A stretch of 32,000 nucleotides of DNA from Hespellia stercorisuis DSM 15480 (GCF_900142165.1 NZ_FQZY01000039.1:1-32000), one strand, 5' to 3'. Positions 1-7,663 are shown, counted from the stretch's first letter. Numbers and translations: made by a program. Notes: generated from the letters alone by a model not told the origin.

Positions 1-279
1 GGACTGACAGTAACGAATGAAGATGTATCCTACATTTTTAAGTACACAACAATGTACTTGGAATAACAATGTTATTTTAGCACAGGTGGTGGTTAAATGA
101 AAGACGAAATAACTGAATAATCCACATTTTTTTAGGATTGGCTTCGTGGACCTATACGAAGTGCATAACAAAAGGCGTTAACAAGGAAAATGTGGATAAA
201 GTGCTAAAAAGCATAAACAGTAGATGAGGGATAGACATAATTAAATTTATTCCTCAACGCTGGTATCACGCGGATTTCC

Positions 280-308
280 TAGACACAAAAAAATGAATGT
301 GCTATACT
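280..308 (+). promoter_or_regulatory. Candidate sigma-A promoter of the LytTR regulator gene
   Basis: TAGACA (280-285), 17-nt spacer, then TGc-TATACT (300-308, extended -10). It lies ~30-50 nt upstream of the possible start codons. Confidence 0.4.
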
Positions 309-344
309 TAATTCATATATTTACAGGCGAAAACGGAGATTGGC

Positions 345-353
345 GGGGGGGGG
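345..353 (+). repeat. Homopolymeric G9 tract in the translation-initiation region of the LytTR gene
   Basis: Read directly: ...GGAGATTGGC-GGGGGGGGG-CGGCATG. It sits between GGAG (335-338) and ATG 358. It would be inside the coding frame if TTG 340 is the start. Confidence 0.95.
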
Positions 354-357
354 CGGC

Positions 358-1074
358 ATGAAGATACGGATAGCTGTTTGCGAGAGGGAAATACAGACAA
401 GAGAATATTTGATTGCGAATTTGAAGGAGCTTTCCGGAGAAGTCGTCTGCGTGGAGTATGACAACGTCTATGATCTGGTGGAGCAGATCGAGATGGATGC
501 GTCGGCATACGATGTCATCTGCGTGAGTGCCACGACATTGAAAAAAGGGGATGGCATTGCTGCAGCGGCGAAAATCCGCTCCTACAGTCTGAACGTCGCG
601 ATCATTATCATGGCAGACAGCAAGGACTATTATGCAGAAGCATTTGATATGTTCGCCATGGCGTACCTGATTAAGCCGGTACAGTACCAGGCAATTGAGA
701 GATGCTTCACCTTCTACACCAAGAACAACAAGGCAGACCGGCGTTCATCCTGGATGGTGAAAAGCAGGGGCGGCAACTGGAAGAGAATCTTCTGCCGTGA
801 CATTGTCTACATAGAGAGCAACAACAGGGAATTTGTGGTACATCTGGCCGACGGCGAGAATATTGAGAGCTACGGTAAACTGGCGGATGTGGTGGAGCAG
901 CTGGCATCCGACAGTCTGATACGTTGTCATCAGAGCTACATTGTGAATATGTACTATATCAGTGAGATGAAGACCGCGAACTTCATGATGGATGACATTG
1001 TGATCCCGATATCAAGAAAATACCAGAAATCAGTGAAAGATCAGTATTACAAATATATGTTCAACAGGATGTAG
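358..1074 (+). CDS. LytTR-family DNA-binding response-regulator-like protein with a degenerate (pseudo-)receiver domain
   Basis: The C-terminal ~100 aa match the LytTR pattern (FCRDIVYIESNNREFVVHL...IRCHQSYIVNM...IPISRKY). The N-terminal ~120 aa have REC-like topology and keep YLIKP. The acidic pocket reads CE instead of DD (IAVCERE), and the phospho-acceptor position reads Ser (YDVICVS). The ORF-track start is TTG 340; ATG 358 (MKIRIAV) is the more canonical N-terminus. Confidence 0.85.
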   Translation: MKIRIAVCEREIQTREYLIANLKELSGEVVCVEYDNVYDLVEQIEMDASAYDVICVSATTLKKGDGIAAAAKIRSYSLNVAIIIMADSKDYYAEAFDMFAMAYLIKPVQYQAIERCFTFYTKNNKADRRSSWMVKSRGGNWKRIFCRDIVYIESNNREFVVHLADGENIESYGKLADVVEQLASDSLIRCHQSYIVNMYYISEMKTANFMMDDIVIPISRKYQKSVKDQYYKYMFNRM

Positions 1075-1115
1075 CCTGCGATGAAAAAGAATAACGTGGA
1101 GATACAATTCAAATG

Positions 1116-1166
1116 ACAGCAGAAGGAATCGGTGTATGATGATCGGTTCCTTCTGCTGTTTTCTTC
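1116..1166 (+). terminator. Rho-independent terminator after the LytTR gene
   Basis: 13-bp perfect stem ACAGCAGAAGGAA (1116-1128) / TTCCTTCTGCTGT (1147-1159), followed by TTTCTTC. Confidence 0.7.
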
Positions 1167-1170
1167 AGTG

Positions 1171-1291
1171 AAAAACACCTTAAAAAGCCTCGAAATATCT
1201 CAAAACAGAAGCTTCTCAAATTTTCAAATATCTCCAAAAAACACGTCAAATTCAACTTCTCCAAACCACAATAAAGTATGTGGGTTATAAT
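1171..1291 (+). promoter_or_regulatory. Candidate regulated promoter of the pilus operon: direct-repeat cluster plus TATAAT
   Basis: TATAAT at 1286-1291 with a poor -35 (AAACCA), typical of activator-dependent promoters. Upstream direct repeats: AAATATCTC (1193, 1226), TCTC(C)AAA (1198, 1213, 1231, 1258), AAAAACAC(C/G)T(T/C)AAA (1171, 1237). It lies 50 nt upstream of ATG 1341. Confidence 0.3.
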
Positions 1292-1340
1292 TACGAATGT
1301 AAACATAAAGGAAAACGTGGGGCAAGGAGGCAGGAGCTGC

Positions 1341-1799
1341 ATGAGGCATCTAAATGAATATGAGGAACAACAGAATATCTCCAGCCAGGCTTTACGGCGT
1401 TTGTTTACTCCCTATAAACCCGTAGATAATCTACTGAAGGAATATGACGATTTGCTGAAGGGTCAGGGAATTGTGCTGAGAGTCGAGGGCGACAGGATTC
1501 ACCGCTGTGCACTGACGGATCTGCAGTTTGAAAAAGTACTGCGGGACGCACTGCAGATGGCCATGGAGGCAGCACAGGAGTGTACAGAGCGGAAGATACG
1601 TTTTATCCATATCAGAGCCCTCTGTGTACAACAAAAGGAATTTCTGAAGATAGTATACTCCAGCGACAAGAATCAGACCATTCAAAACGAGCATTACCAG
1701 AAGATGGAACAACTGCTGGAAAAAAAGGCAGGCTATCTCAGATTGGAGAATGGCGAGAGTGAGAACATCCTGATGATTGCGGTCGGACTGAAAAAGTAG
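1341..1799 (+). CDS. Small soluble protein resembling a degenerate C-terminal GHKL (AgrC/LytS-type HATPase_c_5) kinase domain; no transmembrane (TM) sensor and no G-boxes
   Basis: RBS AGGAGG (1325-1330) lies 10 nt before ATG 1341; the track start at 1278 falls inside the promoter. GQGIVLRVEG...LTDLQFEKVLRDALQMAMEAAQE...IRFIHI...LKIVYSSDKN...LLEKKAGYLRLENGESENILMIAVGL follows the layout of AgrC-type catalytic domains. The N-box Asn is replaced (QMAMEAA versus DNAIEA), and DxGxG/GxGxG boxes are absent. Confidence 0.45.
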   Translation: MRHLNEYEEQQNISSQALRRLFTPYKPVDNLLKEYDDLLKGQGIVLRVEGDRIHRCALTDLQFEKVLRDALQMAMEAAQECTERKIRFIHIRALCVQQKEFLKIVYSSDKNQTIQNEHYQKMEQLLEKKAGYLRLENGESENILMIAVGLKK

Positions 1800-1832
1800 A
1801 GTGCGCATCAGAAACAAAAGGAGTGAGAAGTA

Positions 1833-2507
1833 ATGGTTGGCGAAAAAATAAAATCAACATCAGGTGCTACGATTTTGCTGGCGTTATTATTTTTCCTCAT
1901 GTGCGCGATGGCAGGCTCGGTCGTATTGGCAGCAGGAACGGCCTCCAGCGGACGAATTGCAGGACTTCGGGAAGACGAACAAGCCTATTACAATGTGACA
2001 TCCGCGGCGAAAGTGCTGCGGGACAGTATGGAAGGCGAAGTGTTCGCGTATTACTCGACAAAAGCTCCATCATCGGATGAAACCGACAATACATACGATT
2101 ACAATCAGAAGCCGTCAGGCCAGTTCGCAGACCTTTTGAAAAATGCAGCTGAGACCGTATTTAAGGAATCTAAAGAAGCGAAAGAAGCAGGAAAAGAAGA
2201 CGATGCATTATATAAGAAAGCACTGAAGATATCAACCTCTTCCGCGGATCTGACAAAGACAGTCATTGCAGAATTTACAATGAAGCCGGATTATGAGATC
2301 GAGATTACATTATATGAAGAAGGACAAGAGGACGGATACGAGTGCATCCTGACCATTCCGGCGGCAATCTCGATGGATGCGGATATACCTTCGGGAGAAC
2401 CGGGCTCCGGACAGGAATTAGGAGCAGACAATCAAACAGTTGTCAAATACAAAACGACCCTTACATGGACAGACGCGGTGATTACCACAGGAAGCGAGGG
2501 GAAGTAG
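1833..2507 (+). CDS. PilX/GspK/ComGG-like minor pilin lacking Glu+5 (putative tip or capping subunit)
   Basis: RBS AAAGGAG (1817-1823). The N-terminus KSTSG|ATILLALLFFLMCAMAGSVVLAAG is a pilin-like hydrophobic helix with Leu at +5. It is followed by EQAYYNVTSAA, reminiscent of the PilX_N pattern. The C-terminus carries TLTW, as in the two pilins at 7764 and 8439. Confidence 0.55.
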   Translation: MVGEKIKSTSGATILLALLFFLMCAMAGSVVLAAGTASSGRIAGLREDEQAYYNVTSAAKVLRDSMEGEVFAYYSTKAPSSDETDNTYDYNQKPSGQFADLLKNAAETVFKESKEAKEAGKEDDALYKKALKISTSSADLTKTVIAEFTMKPDYEIEITLYEEGQEDGYECILTIPAAISMDADIPSGEPGSGQELGADNQTVVKYKTTLTWTDAVITTGSEGK

Positions 2508-2508
2508 T

Positions 2509-2865
2509 ATGAAAAAACTTGAAAACAAGCTACAGTCCTCCAGTGGTGAGACACTTGCAGAGACATTGGTGGCATCGCTGATTGCGGCACTTGCAATGCT
2601 GCTTCTGGCATCCATGGTCATGAACGCGACACACATCGTGGAGAAGGGCGAGACGACTATGAAGAAGTTCTATGAAGGACTCTCAGGGGTGGAAACGTAT
2701 AGTGATAAGCAAAAAGTGGCAGGGAGTCACAAGCTTAATGTAGAAGTGTACAATATCAACGCAGACAACAAAATAACATCGAAGGATACGAGCATTTCAA
2801 TAGATGGAATAAAAATCAATATCTATAAAGACGATACACTGGTGTCCTACAAAATTGAAAACTAA
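2509..2865 (+). CDS. Minor pilin-like protein with an atypical prepilin signal
   Basis: MKKLENKLQSSSG|ETLAETLVASLIAALAMLLLA has Gly-1, Glu at +5 and an unusual Glu at +1. Its start lies 1 nt after the previous stop (TAGTATG), suggesting translational coupling. Confidence 0.6.
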   Translation: MKKLENKLQSSSGETLAETLVASLIAALAMLLLASMVMNATHIVEKGETTMKKFYEGLSGVETYSDKQKVAGSHKLNVEVYNINADNKITSKDTSISIDGIKINIYKDDTLVSYKIEN

Positions 2866-2866
2866 C

Positions 2867-2880
2867 GATACTTCGGTATC
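2867..2880 (+). other. Small UUCG-tetraloop hairpin just after the stop codon
   Basis: GATAC-TTCG-GTATC, 1 nt after TAA 2863-2865. No U-tract follows, so it is more likely an mRNA stability or processing element than a terminator. Confidence 0.35.
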
Positions 2881-2904
2881 TGAAGAATAAAAGGATCGAG
2901 GCAG

Positions 2905-3447
2905 ATGAAGCAGACAATAAGATCAGAAAAAGGATTTACCATATCGGAGATGCTCATGACCGTGCTGGTCATCGCACTCGTCACATCTGTCATCGGCGGC
3001 GGAGTCATGGTGGTCAAAAATGCTTACACCAAAGTCACGTTGAAGGCCGAAGCAGAAACCCTCAGATCCACGGCACTGACCGCGGTGATCAATGAACTGC
3101 GTTACGCGCAGAACATCAATCCGGAGGAACCGGATCCGGCGGATCCAGATAAAAAAACAGTGCTTGCGTTTGACAGCCCGTCCAGAGGCTACCGAATCTA
3201 TTTGCCGGTGAACCCGGAAGGTGCATCGAATGAAATTACAGTCTGCAGCATGGTCAACAGGACACAGGTTCCGCTTCTGACAGAGAAGACGCAGACGGAT
3301 GCTCTGGTCCCGATACTAAAAGAACTGTCCTACGATTCAACGAAAAAAACATTTACACTGAACATAGCGATAAAGTATAAAAATAACGACTTCATAAAGG
3401 GAGACAAAATTACGATCAATCCAATCAATCACCAATACGGACAGTGA
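2905..3447 (+). CDS. Minor pilin (canonical prepilin signal)
   Basis: MKQTIRSEKG|FTISEMLMTVLVIALVTSVIGGG has Gly-1, Phe+1, Glu+5 and a hydrophobic helix. Confidence 0.8.
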   Translation: MKQTIRSEKGFTISEMLMTVLVIALVTSVIGGGVMVVKNAYTKVTLKAEAETLRSTALTAVINELRYAQNINPEEPDPADPDKKTVLAFDSPSRGYRIYLPVNPEGASNEITVCSMVNRTQVPLLTEKTQTDALVPILKELSYDSTKKTFTLNIAIKYKNNDFIKGDKITINPINHQYGQ

Positions 3448-3463
3448 ACGAATTGTATAATAC

Positions 3464-3538
3464 ATAACAGCATAAGACATAACAGCATAATACAGAGCAA
3501 CATAAAGCAGAACAGCATAATACAGAACAACACAACAC
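3464..3538 (+). repeat. 5 x 15-bp degenerate CA-rich tandem repeat in the spacer before pilB
   Basis: Units: ATAACAGCATAAGAC / ATAACAGCATAATAC / AGAGCAACATAAAGC / AGAACAGCATAATAC / AGAACAACACAACAC. The array ends a few nt before the pilB RBS. Confidence 0.85.
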
Positions 3539-3554
3539 GAGAGAAGGAAATAAT

Positions 3555-5243
3555 ATGAAGTACAAACGCCTGGGGGATCTACTCCAATCGGTAGGTCTGA
3601 TTACAGAAGAACAACTGAATGAAGCCCTTGATCTTCAAAAGGGAACCAGAGACCGACTGGGCGCCGTACTTATTAAGAACGGATTCATTACCGAGGCACA
3701 GCTCATCGAAGCCCTGCGCATGCAGCTCGGTATCAATTTTATCGATCTGTCCAGCACCAACATCCCGGCAGAGATGGTAGAGCAGCTCCCGAAGAATATT
3801 GCCAAGAAAAACGGGGTCATCCCGGTCAGGGTCGACAAGGACAAATTGTATCTGGCGATGAAGGATCCGCTGAACTTTATGGCAATCGAGGAGGTTCGTG
3901 CGGCGACCCGTAAAAAAGTAATCCCCATGATCGCCTCTGAGAATGCGGTCGACAGAGCAATCAGTGCCCTGTACGGCAATGAAGGTGCGACGAGAGCAAT
4001 CGCACAGATGCGTCAGGAGGCCGGGTACAGCGAAGCGGAAGAGAACACCGGTACCGGAAATGCAGAAGATAACGAAGGGGCAAGTGCTCCGACCGTCAGA
4101 CTGGTAAATTCCATTATAGAGAGAGCCGTCACAGAGGGTGCCAGCGATGTACACATCGAGCCCAGCTCCGGGGATATGAACATCCGGATGCGTATCGATG
4201 GCAGACTGCACAACATTTTACAGATTCCGAAAGACTTGCAGGATTCCGTGATTTCCCGTATGAAGGTCATGGGGCACATGGATATCGCAGAGCGGAGAAT
4301 CCCACAGGATGGACGGGCGGGAATTAAGATCAAGAGTCAGGACATTGACCTGCGATTATCGACACTGCCTACCATATACGGAGAAAAGATGGTAATTCGT
4401 CTTCTCTCGAGAGAGGCCTCCATGCTGGACCGCAAGGGAATCGGTATGATGGACAGTGATTCAAAGAAGATCGACCGGCTGCTCGCCAACACAAGCGGCG
4501 TGATCCTCATCGTAGGACCGACCGGAAGCGGTAAGTCGTCCACCATGTACACGCTGATCAAAGAACTGAACAAAGAAGAAGTCAATCTGATTACACTGGA
4601 GGATCCGGTGGAATACCATATAGATGGCATCACACAGGTGCAGATCAACGAGAAGACGGGACTTACATTTGCAAGTGGTCTTCGTTCCATTCTGAGACAG
4701 GATCCTGACATTATCTGCGTCGGAGAGATCCGGGACGGCGAGACGGCCGAGATTTCCATGAGAGCGGCCATGACCGGACACCTGGTTATCTCCACGATCC
4801 ATACAGAGGATTCCATTTCCGCGATTGACCGGCTTCGGGATATGGGTGTGGAGCCGTACCTGATAGCAGGCGGTCTGCGGGGCATTATCTCCCAGCGTCT
4901 GGTCAGAAAAATCTGCCATAGCTGCAGAGAAGAGTACATACCGGACACGGATTTATGCGAATCGCTCGGAATCAGGCCGGGGGAAGTGAAGAACTTCTAC
5001 CACGGAGCAGGCTGCCCGATGTGTTTCCACTCCGGATACAGAGGACGGAGCGGAGTCTTCGAGATCCTGACCATGAACGAGGCGCTGCGAAGCTGCATCG
5101 CACAGGGCAAGGACAAGCAGGAGATCAGAGCGCTCATCAAAGAATCCGGGTTCGTCAGCATGAACGACAACGCGAAGATCCTCATAGAAAATGGTGTCAC
5201 GACCGTTGAGGAAGTCTGCAGGACGATCAATCGTCTGGACTAG
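3555..5243 (+). CDS. pilB: Type IV pilus assembly (extension) ATPase PilB/GspE family
   Basis: N-terminal MshEN/T2SSE_N-like repeat (LGDLLQSVGLITEEQLNEALDLQ). Walker A GPTGSGKSST, LEDPVEY, Walker B ILRQDPDIICVGEIRD, His box TGHLVISTIHT. Tetracysteine CHSC...CPMC. Confidence 0.95.
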   Translation: MKYKRLGDLLQSVGLITEEQLNEALDLQKGTRDRLGAVLIKNGFITEAQLIEALRMQLGINFIDLSSTNIPAEMVEQLPKNIAKKNGVIPVRVDKDKLYLAMKDPLNFMAIEEVRAATRKKVIPMIASENAVDRAISALYGNEGATRAIAQMRQEAGYSEAEENTGTGNAEDNEGASAPTVRLVNSIIERAVTEGASDVHIEPSSGDMNIRMRIDGRLHNILQIPKDLQDSVISRMKVMGHMDIAERRIPQDGRAGIKIKSQDIDLRLSTLPTIYGEKMVIRLLSREASMLDRKGIGMMDSDSKKIDRLLANTSGVILIVGPTGSGKSSTMYTLIKELNKEEVNLITLEDPVEYHIDGITQVQINEKTGLTFASGLRSILRQDPDIICVGEIRDGETAEISMRAAMTGHLVISTIHTEDSISAIDRLRDMGVEPYLIAGGLRGIISQRLVRKICHSCREEYIPDTDLCESLGIRPGEVKNFYHGAGCPMCFHSGYRGRSGVFEILTMNEALRSCIAQGKDKQEIRALIKESGFVSMNDNAKILIENGVTTVEEVCRTINRLD

Positions 5244-5245
5244 CG

Positions 5246-5308
5246 CAAAACGAGAATGAATCTCCGTAAAACGATAAGAAATTTCCATAAAACGATAGAA
5301 CATTCAGA
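5246..5308 (+). repeat. 3 x 21-bp tandem repeat filling the pilB-pilT spacer
   Basis: Units: CAAAACGAGAATGAATCTCCG / TAAAACGATAAGAAATTTCCA / TAAAACGATAGAACATTCAGA. The core AAAACGA is invariant. The array starts 3 nt after the pilB stop and abuts the pilT RBS. Confidence 0.85.
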
Positions 5309-5321
5309 AAGGAGTCGGGAG

Positions 5322-6368
5322 ATGACAGTAGAAGAACTTGTAAGACAGGCAAGCACAGACGGTGCATCGGATATCCACCTCGTGTGCGGGATTCCTCCAA
5401 AGTACCGCATCGACGGGCAATTGCAGGATATTTACCCGGTTCCGTTAACAAAAGAAGACTGCAGGGGATTTGCAAAAGACCTGGCAGGCGATCTCTACGA
5501 TCAGATCAAAGAGATCGGAGAGCTGGACTTGGCCCGGACCATCGCGGATGAGCGTGTCAGGATCAACCTCTTCCGGCAGCAGGGCAGTATCTCGGCGGCA
5601 CTTCGTATCCTGAGCAACAAGATCCCGAAGCTGGATCAGCTGGGACTTCCGCCCATCGTGAGCGAGTTCCCGACCTGGCAGAAGGGCATCATTCTGGTGA
5701 CAGGAGAGACCGGAAGTGGTAAATCGACCACGTTGGCGGCCATCCTGGACCAGATCAACCATACAAGGACCGAGCACATCATCACGCTGGAGGATCCGGT
5801 GGAGTACTTATACGAGCCGGACAAATGTGTCATCAACCAGCGGGAGATCGGCAAGGACACCGAGAGCTACGACAAGGGACTACGGGCGATCCTCCGGGAG
5901 GATCCGGATATCATCCTCATCGGTGAGATGAGAGACCTGAGTACCATCGAGACGGCACTGACCGCGGCGGAGACAGGACATCTGGTATTCGCCACGCTGC
6001 ATACCAACTCGGCAGCAGATGCGATCGACCGAATCGTCGGCGTATTTCCGGCGGACCGGCAGCCACAGATCAGGCTGCAGCTATCCACCTGTCTGAAGGC
6101 AGTGCTCTCCCAGCAGCTTCTGGTGAGAAAAGAGAAAAAAGGCCGTGTGGCAGCCTGTGAGGTAATGGTGGTGACTGCAGCGATCAAGAACCTGATCCGC
6201 GAGGGAAAGACACCGCAGATGCACTCCTCCATGCTGGCAGCAGCCTCGGAGGGAAGTGTGACCATGGACAATTACCTGGTCCAGCTTCTGAAAGAAAAGA
6301 AGATATCTGCACAGGTGGCACTGGAGGCGGCAAATGACAAGCAGTACATGAAGAAATACGCATATTAA
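5322..6368 (+). CDS. pilT: Type IV pilus retraction ATPase PilT
   Basis: RBS AAAGGAG (5308-5314) lies 7 nt before ATG 5322, giving 348 aa, a typical PilT length; the track start at 5256 has no RBS. Motifs: GETGSGKSTT, LEDPVEY, REDPDIILIGEMRD, TGHLVFATLHT and the PilT-signature AIKNLIREGK. Confidence 0.93.
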   Translation: MTVEELVRQASTDGASDIHLVCGIPPKYRIDGQLQDIYPVPLTKEDCRGFAKDLAGDLYDQIKEIGELDLARTIADERVRINLFRQQGSISAALRILSNKIPKLDQLGLPPIVSEFPTWQKGIILVTGETGSGKSTTLAAILDQINHTRTEHIITLEDPVEYLYEPDKCVINQREIGKDTESYDKGLRAILREDPDIILIGEMRDLSTIETALTAAETGHLVFATLHTNSAADAIDRIVGVFPADRQPQIRLQLSTCLKAVLSQQLLVRKEKKGRVAACEVMVVTAAIKNLIREGKTPQMHSSMLAAASEGSVTMDNYLVQLLKEKKISAQVALEAANDKQYMKKYAY

Positions 6369-6454
6369 GCGGTTGCGTTGCTGTCAGAATTACAAGAAAA
6401 CAAGGAGTTAAATAATAAATTGAAAATACACTACAGAGAGGAAGTGAAGCCAGG

Positions 6455-7663
6455 ATGATTACCTATCAATATAAAGGAATGTCGCGGGACGGCGCCAAAG
6501 TAAGCGGCGTGGTAGAAGCGACAGACGAATACATGGCGGTAGAGAAGATCAAGGCGACCTGTCCGATTGTGTTGAAGGTCTCCCCGGTGAAGGAGAAAAC
6601 AGGGCTGCTCACCATGGAGATCGGCGGAAAGAAGATAGACCAGAAAGCACTGTCCATCATGTGCTCCCAGTTCTCGATCATATTAAAATCCGGTGTGCCC
6701 ATCGCGCGGTGCATGGAGATGATCGCAGAACAGACACAGGATAAAAAACTAAAAAAGATGCTCTTCGCTTCGGCGGAGGACGTGGCAGAGGGAAACAGCG
6801 TAGCAGGCAGCTTCGAGAAGAACTGCAAAGGCCTGCCGCTGACTTTCACGGAGACCATACGGGCCGGGGAACAATCCGGTACCATCGAGCGGTCCTTCGA
6901 AACGCTGGAGAAGTACTATGAGAAATCCTACAAGACGGCGCAGAAAGTAAAGCAGGCGCTGACGTATCCCATCTTTGTGGTGATCGTGGCGGTGGTCGTA
7001 CTGATTGTGGTCATGGTCAAAGTTGTACCGACGATCTCAGCGACCTTTGCTGACTTGGGAGGAGACATGCCGGCAATCACGCAGTTCCTGATCAGCACGT
7101 CGAAGTTTTTTGAAAAGAATATCTGGTGGATGGTCGCAGCAGTGCTGGTTTTCATTATTGGATTTAAGTTTTATACCAGATCGGAAACAGGAAAACTCCA
7201 ATGGAACAAGTTCAAGCTGAAGATGCCGATTCTTGGAAATATTATGCTGATGAATGGAGCGAGCCAATTCGCCAATACCATGTCGGCACTGCTGCAGGCG
7301 GGGCTGACCGTGGCACAGTCGCTGGACGTAACATCAAAGGTCCTCGACAATTATGCGCTGGCAGATGACACCTCCCGGATGACGGGAAGCATCGAGGAAG
7401 GAAAAAGACTGGGAGACTGCATGAGAAAATGCAAGTACTACCCCAAGACACTGACTGAGATGTGTGCCATCGGTGAGGAGACAGGAGAGATGGAGGGTAC
7501 ACTGGACACCATCGGTTCCTACTACGACAACGAGGCGGATAACGCCACACAGAAGGCTATCTCCAAGCTGGAGCCGACAATCATGGTCCTGATGGCAGGA
7601 TTTGCAGGATTTATCGTCATCGCCATCTATTTGCCCATGTTTCAGATGTATGGGCTCATGTAA
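6455..7663 (+). CDS. pilC: Type IV pilus platform protein PilC/GspF
   Basis: 402 aa. Two T2SSF-like halves each carry the conserved GE(Q/E)(S/T)G...L motif (GEQSGTIERSFETLEKYY; GEETGEMEGTLDTIGSYY). Three hydrophobic TM segments; C-terminal YLPMFQM. Confidence 0.93.
   Translation: MITYQYKGMSRDGAKVSGVVEATDEYMAVEKIKATCPIVLKVSPVKEKTGLLTMEIGGKKIDQKALSIMCSQFSIILKSGVPIARCMEMIAEQTQDKKLKKMLFASAEDVAEGNSVAGSFEKNCKGLPLTFTETIRAGEQSGTIERSFETLEKYYEKSYKTAQKVKQALTYPIFVVIVAVVVLIVVMVKVVPTISATFADLGGDMPAITQFLISTSKFFEKNIWWMVAAVLVFIIGFKFYTRSETGKLQWNKFKLKMPILGNIMLMNGASQFANTMSALLQAGLTVAQSLDVTSKVLDNYALADDTSRMTGSIEEGKRLGDCMRKCKYYPKTLTEMCAIGEETGEMEGTLDTIGSYYDNEADNATQKAISKLEPTIMVLMAGFAGFIVIAIYLPMFQMYGLM

Noticed and set aside
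1-66. Open frame running off the left edge (…GLTVTNEDVSYIFKYTTMYLE*)
   Set aside because: Only 21 codons are visible and there is no recognisable motif. It cannot be distinguished from chance.
120-197. 11-13-bp inverted repeat ATCCACATTTT / AAAATGTGGAT enclosing a 6-bp hairpin (CTTCGT...ACGAAG, 143-162), upstream of the LytTR promoter
   Set aside because: It could be an operator, a small structured RNA or the terminator region of the upstream gene. It is short and AT-rich, sits at the window edge and has no supporting context, so it is not strong enough to call.
1278-1340. Upstream-extended starts proposed by the ORF track (1278 for the GHKL-like gene, 5256 for pilT, 7728 for pilA, 9662 for pilM, 30985 for the symporter)
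   Set aside because: In every case an internal ATG is preceded by a good Shine-Dalgarno sequence at 7-10 nt and gives the family-typical N-terminus. The extended versions run through promoters, repeats or hairpins.
1171-1340. c-di-GMP riboswitch upstream of the pilus or pilin genes (also checked at 7664-7763 and 25640-25777), since c-di-GMP riboswitches control T4P genes in some Clostridia
   Set aside because: I could not recognise the conserved GEMM-I or c-di-GMP-II core sequences or helices in these leaders. Only an Rfam scan could exclude them formally.
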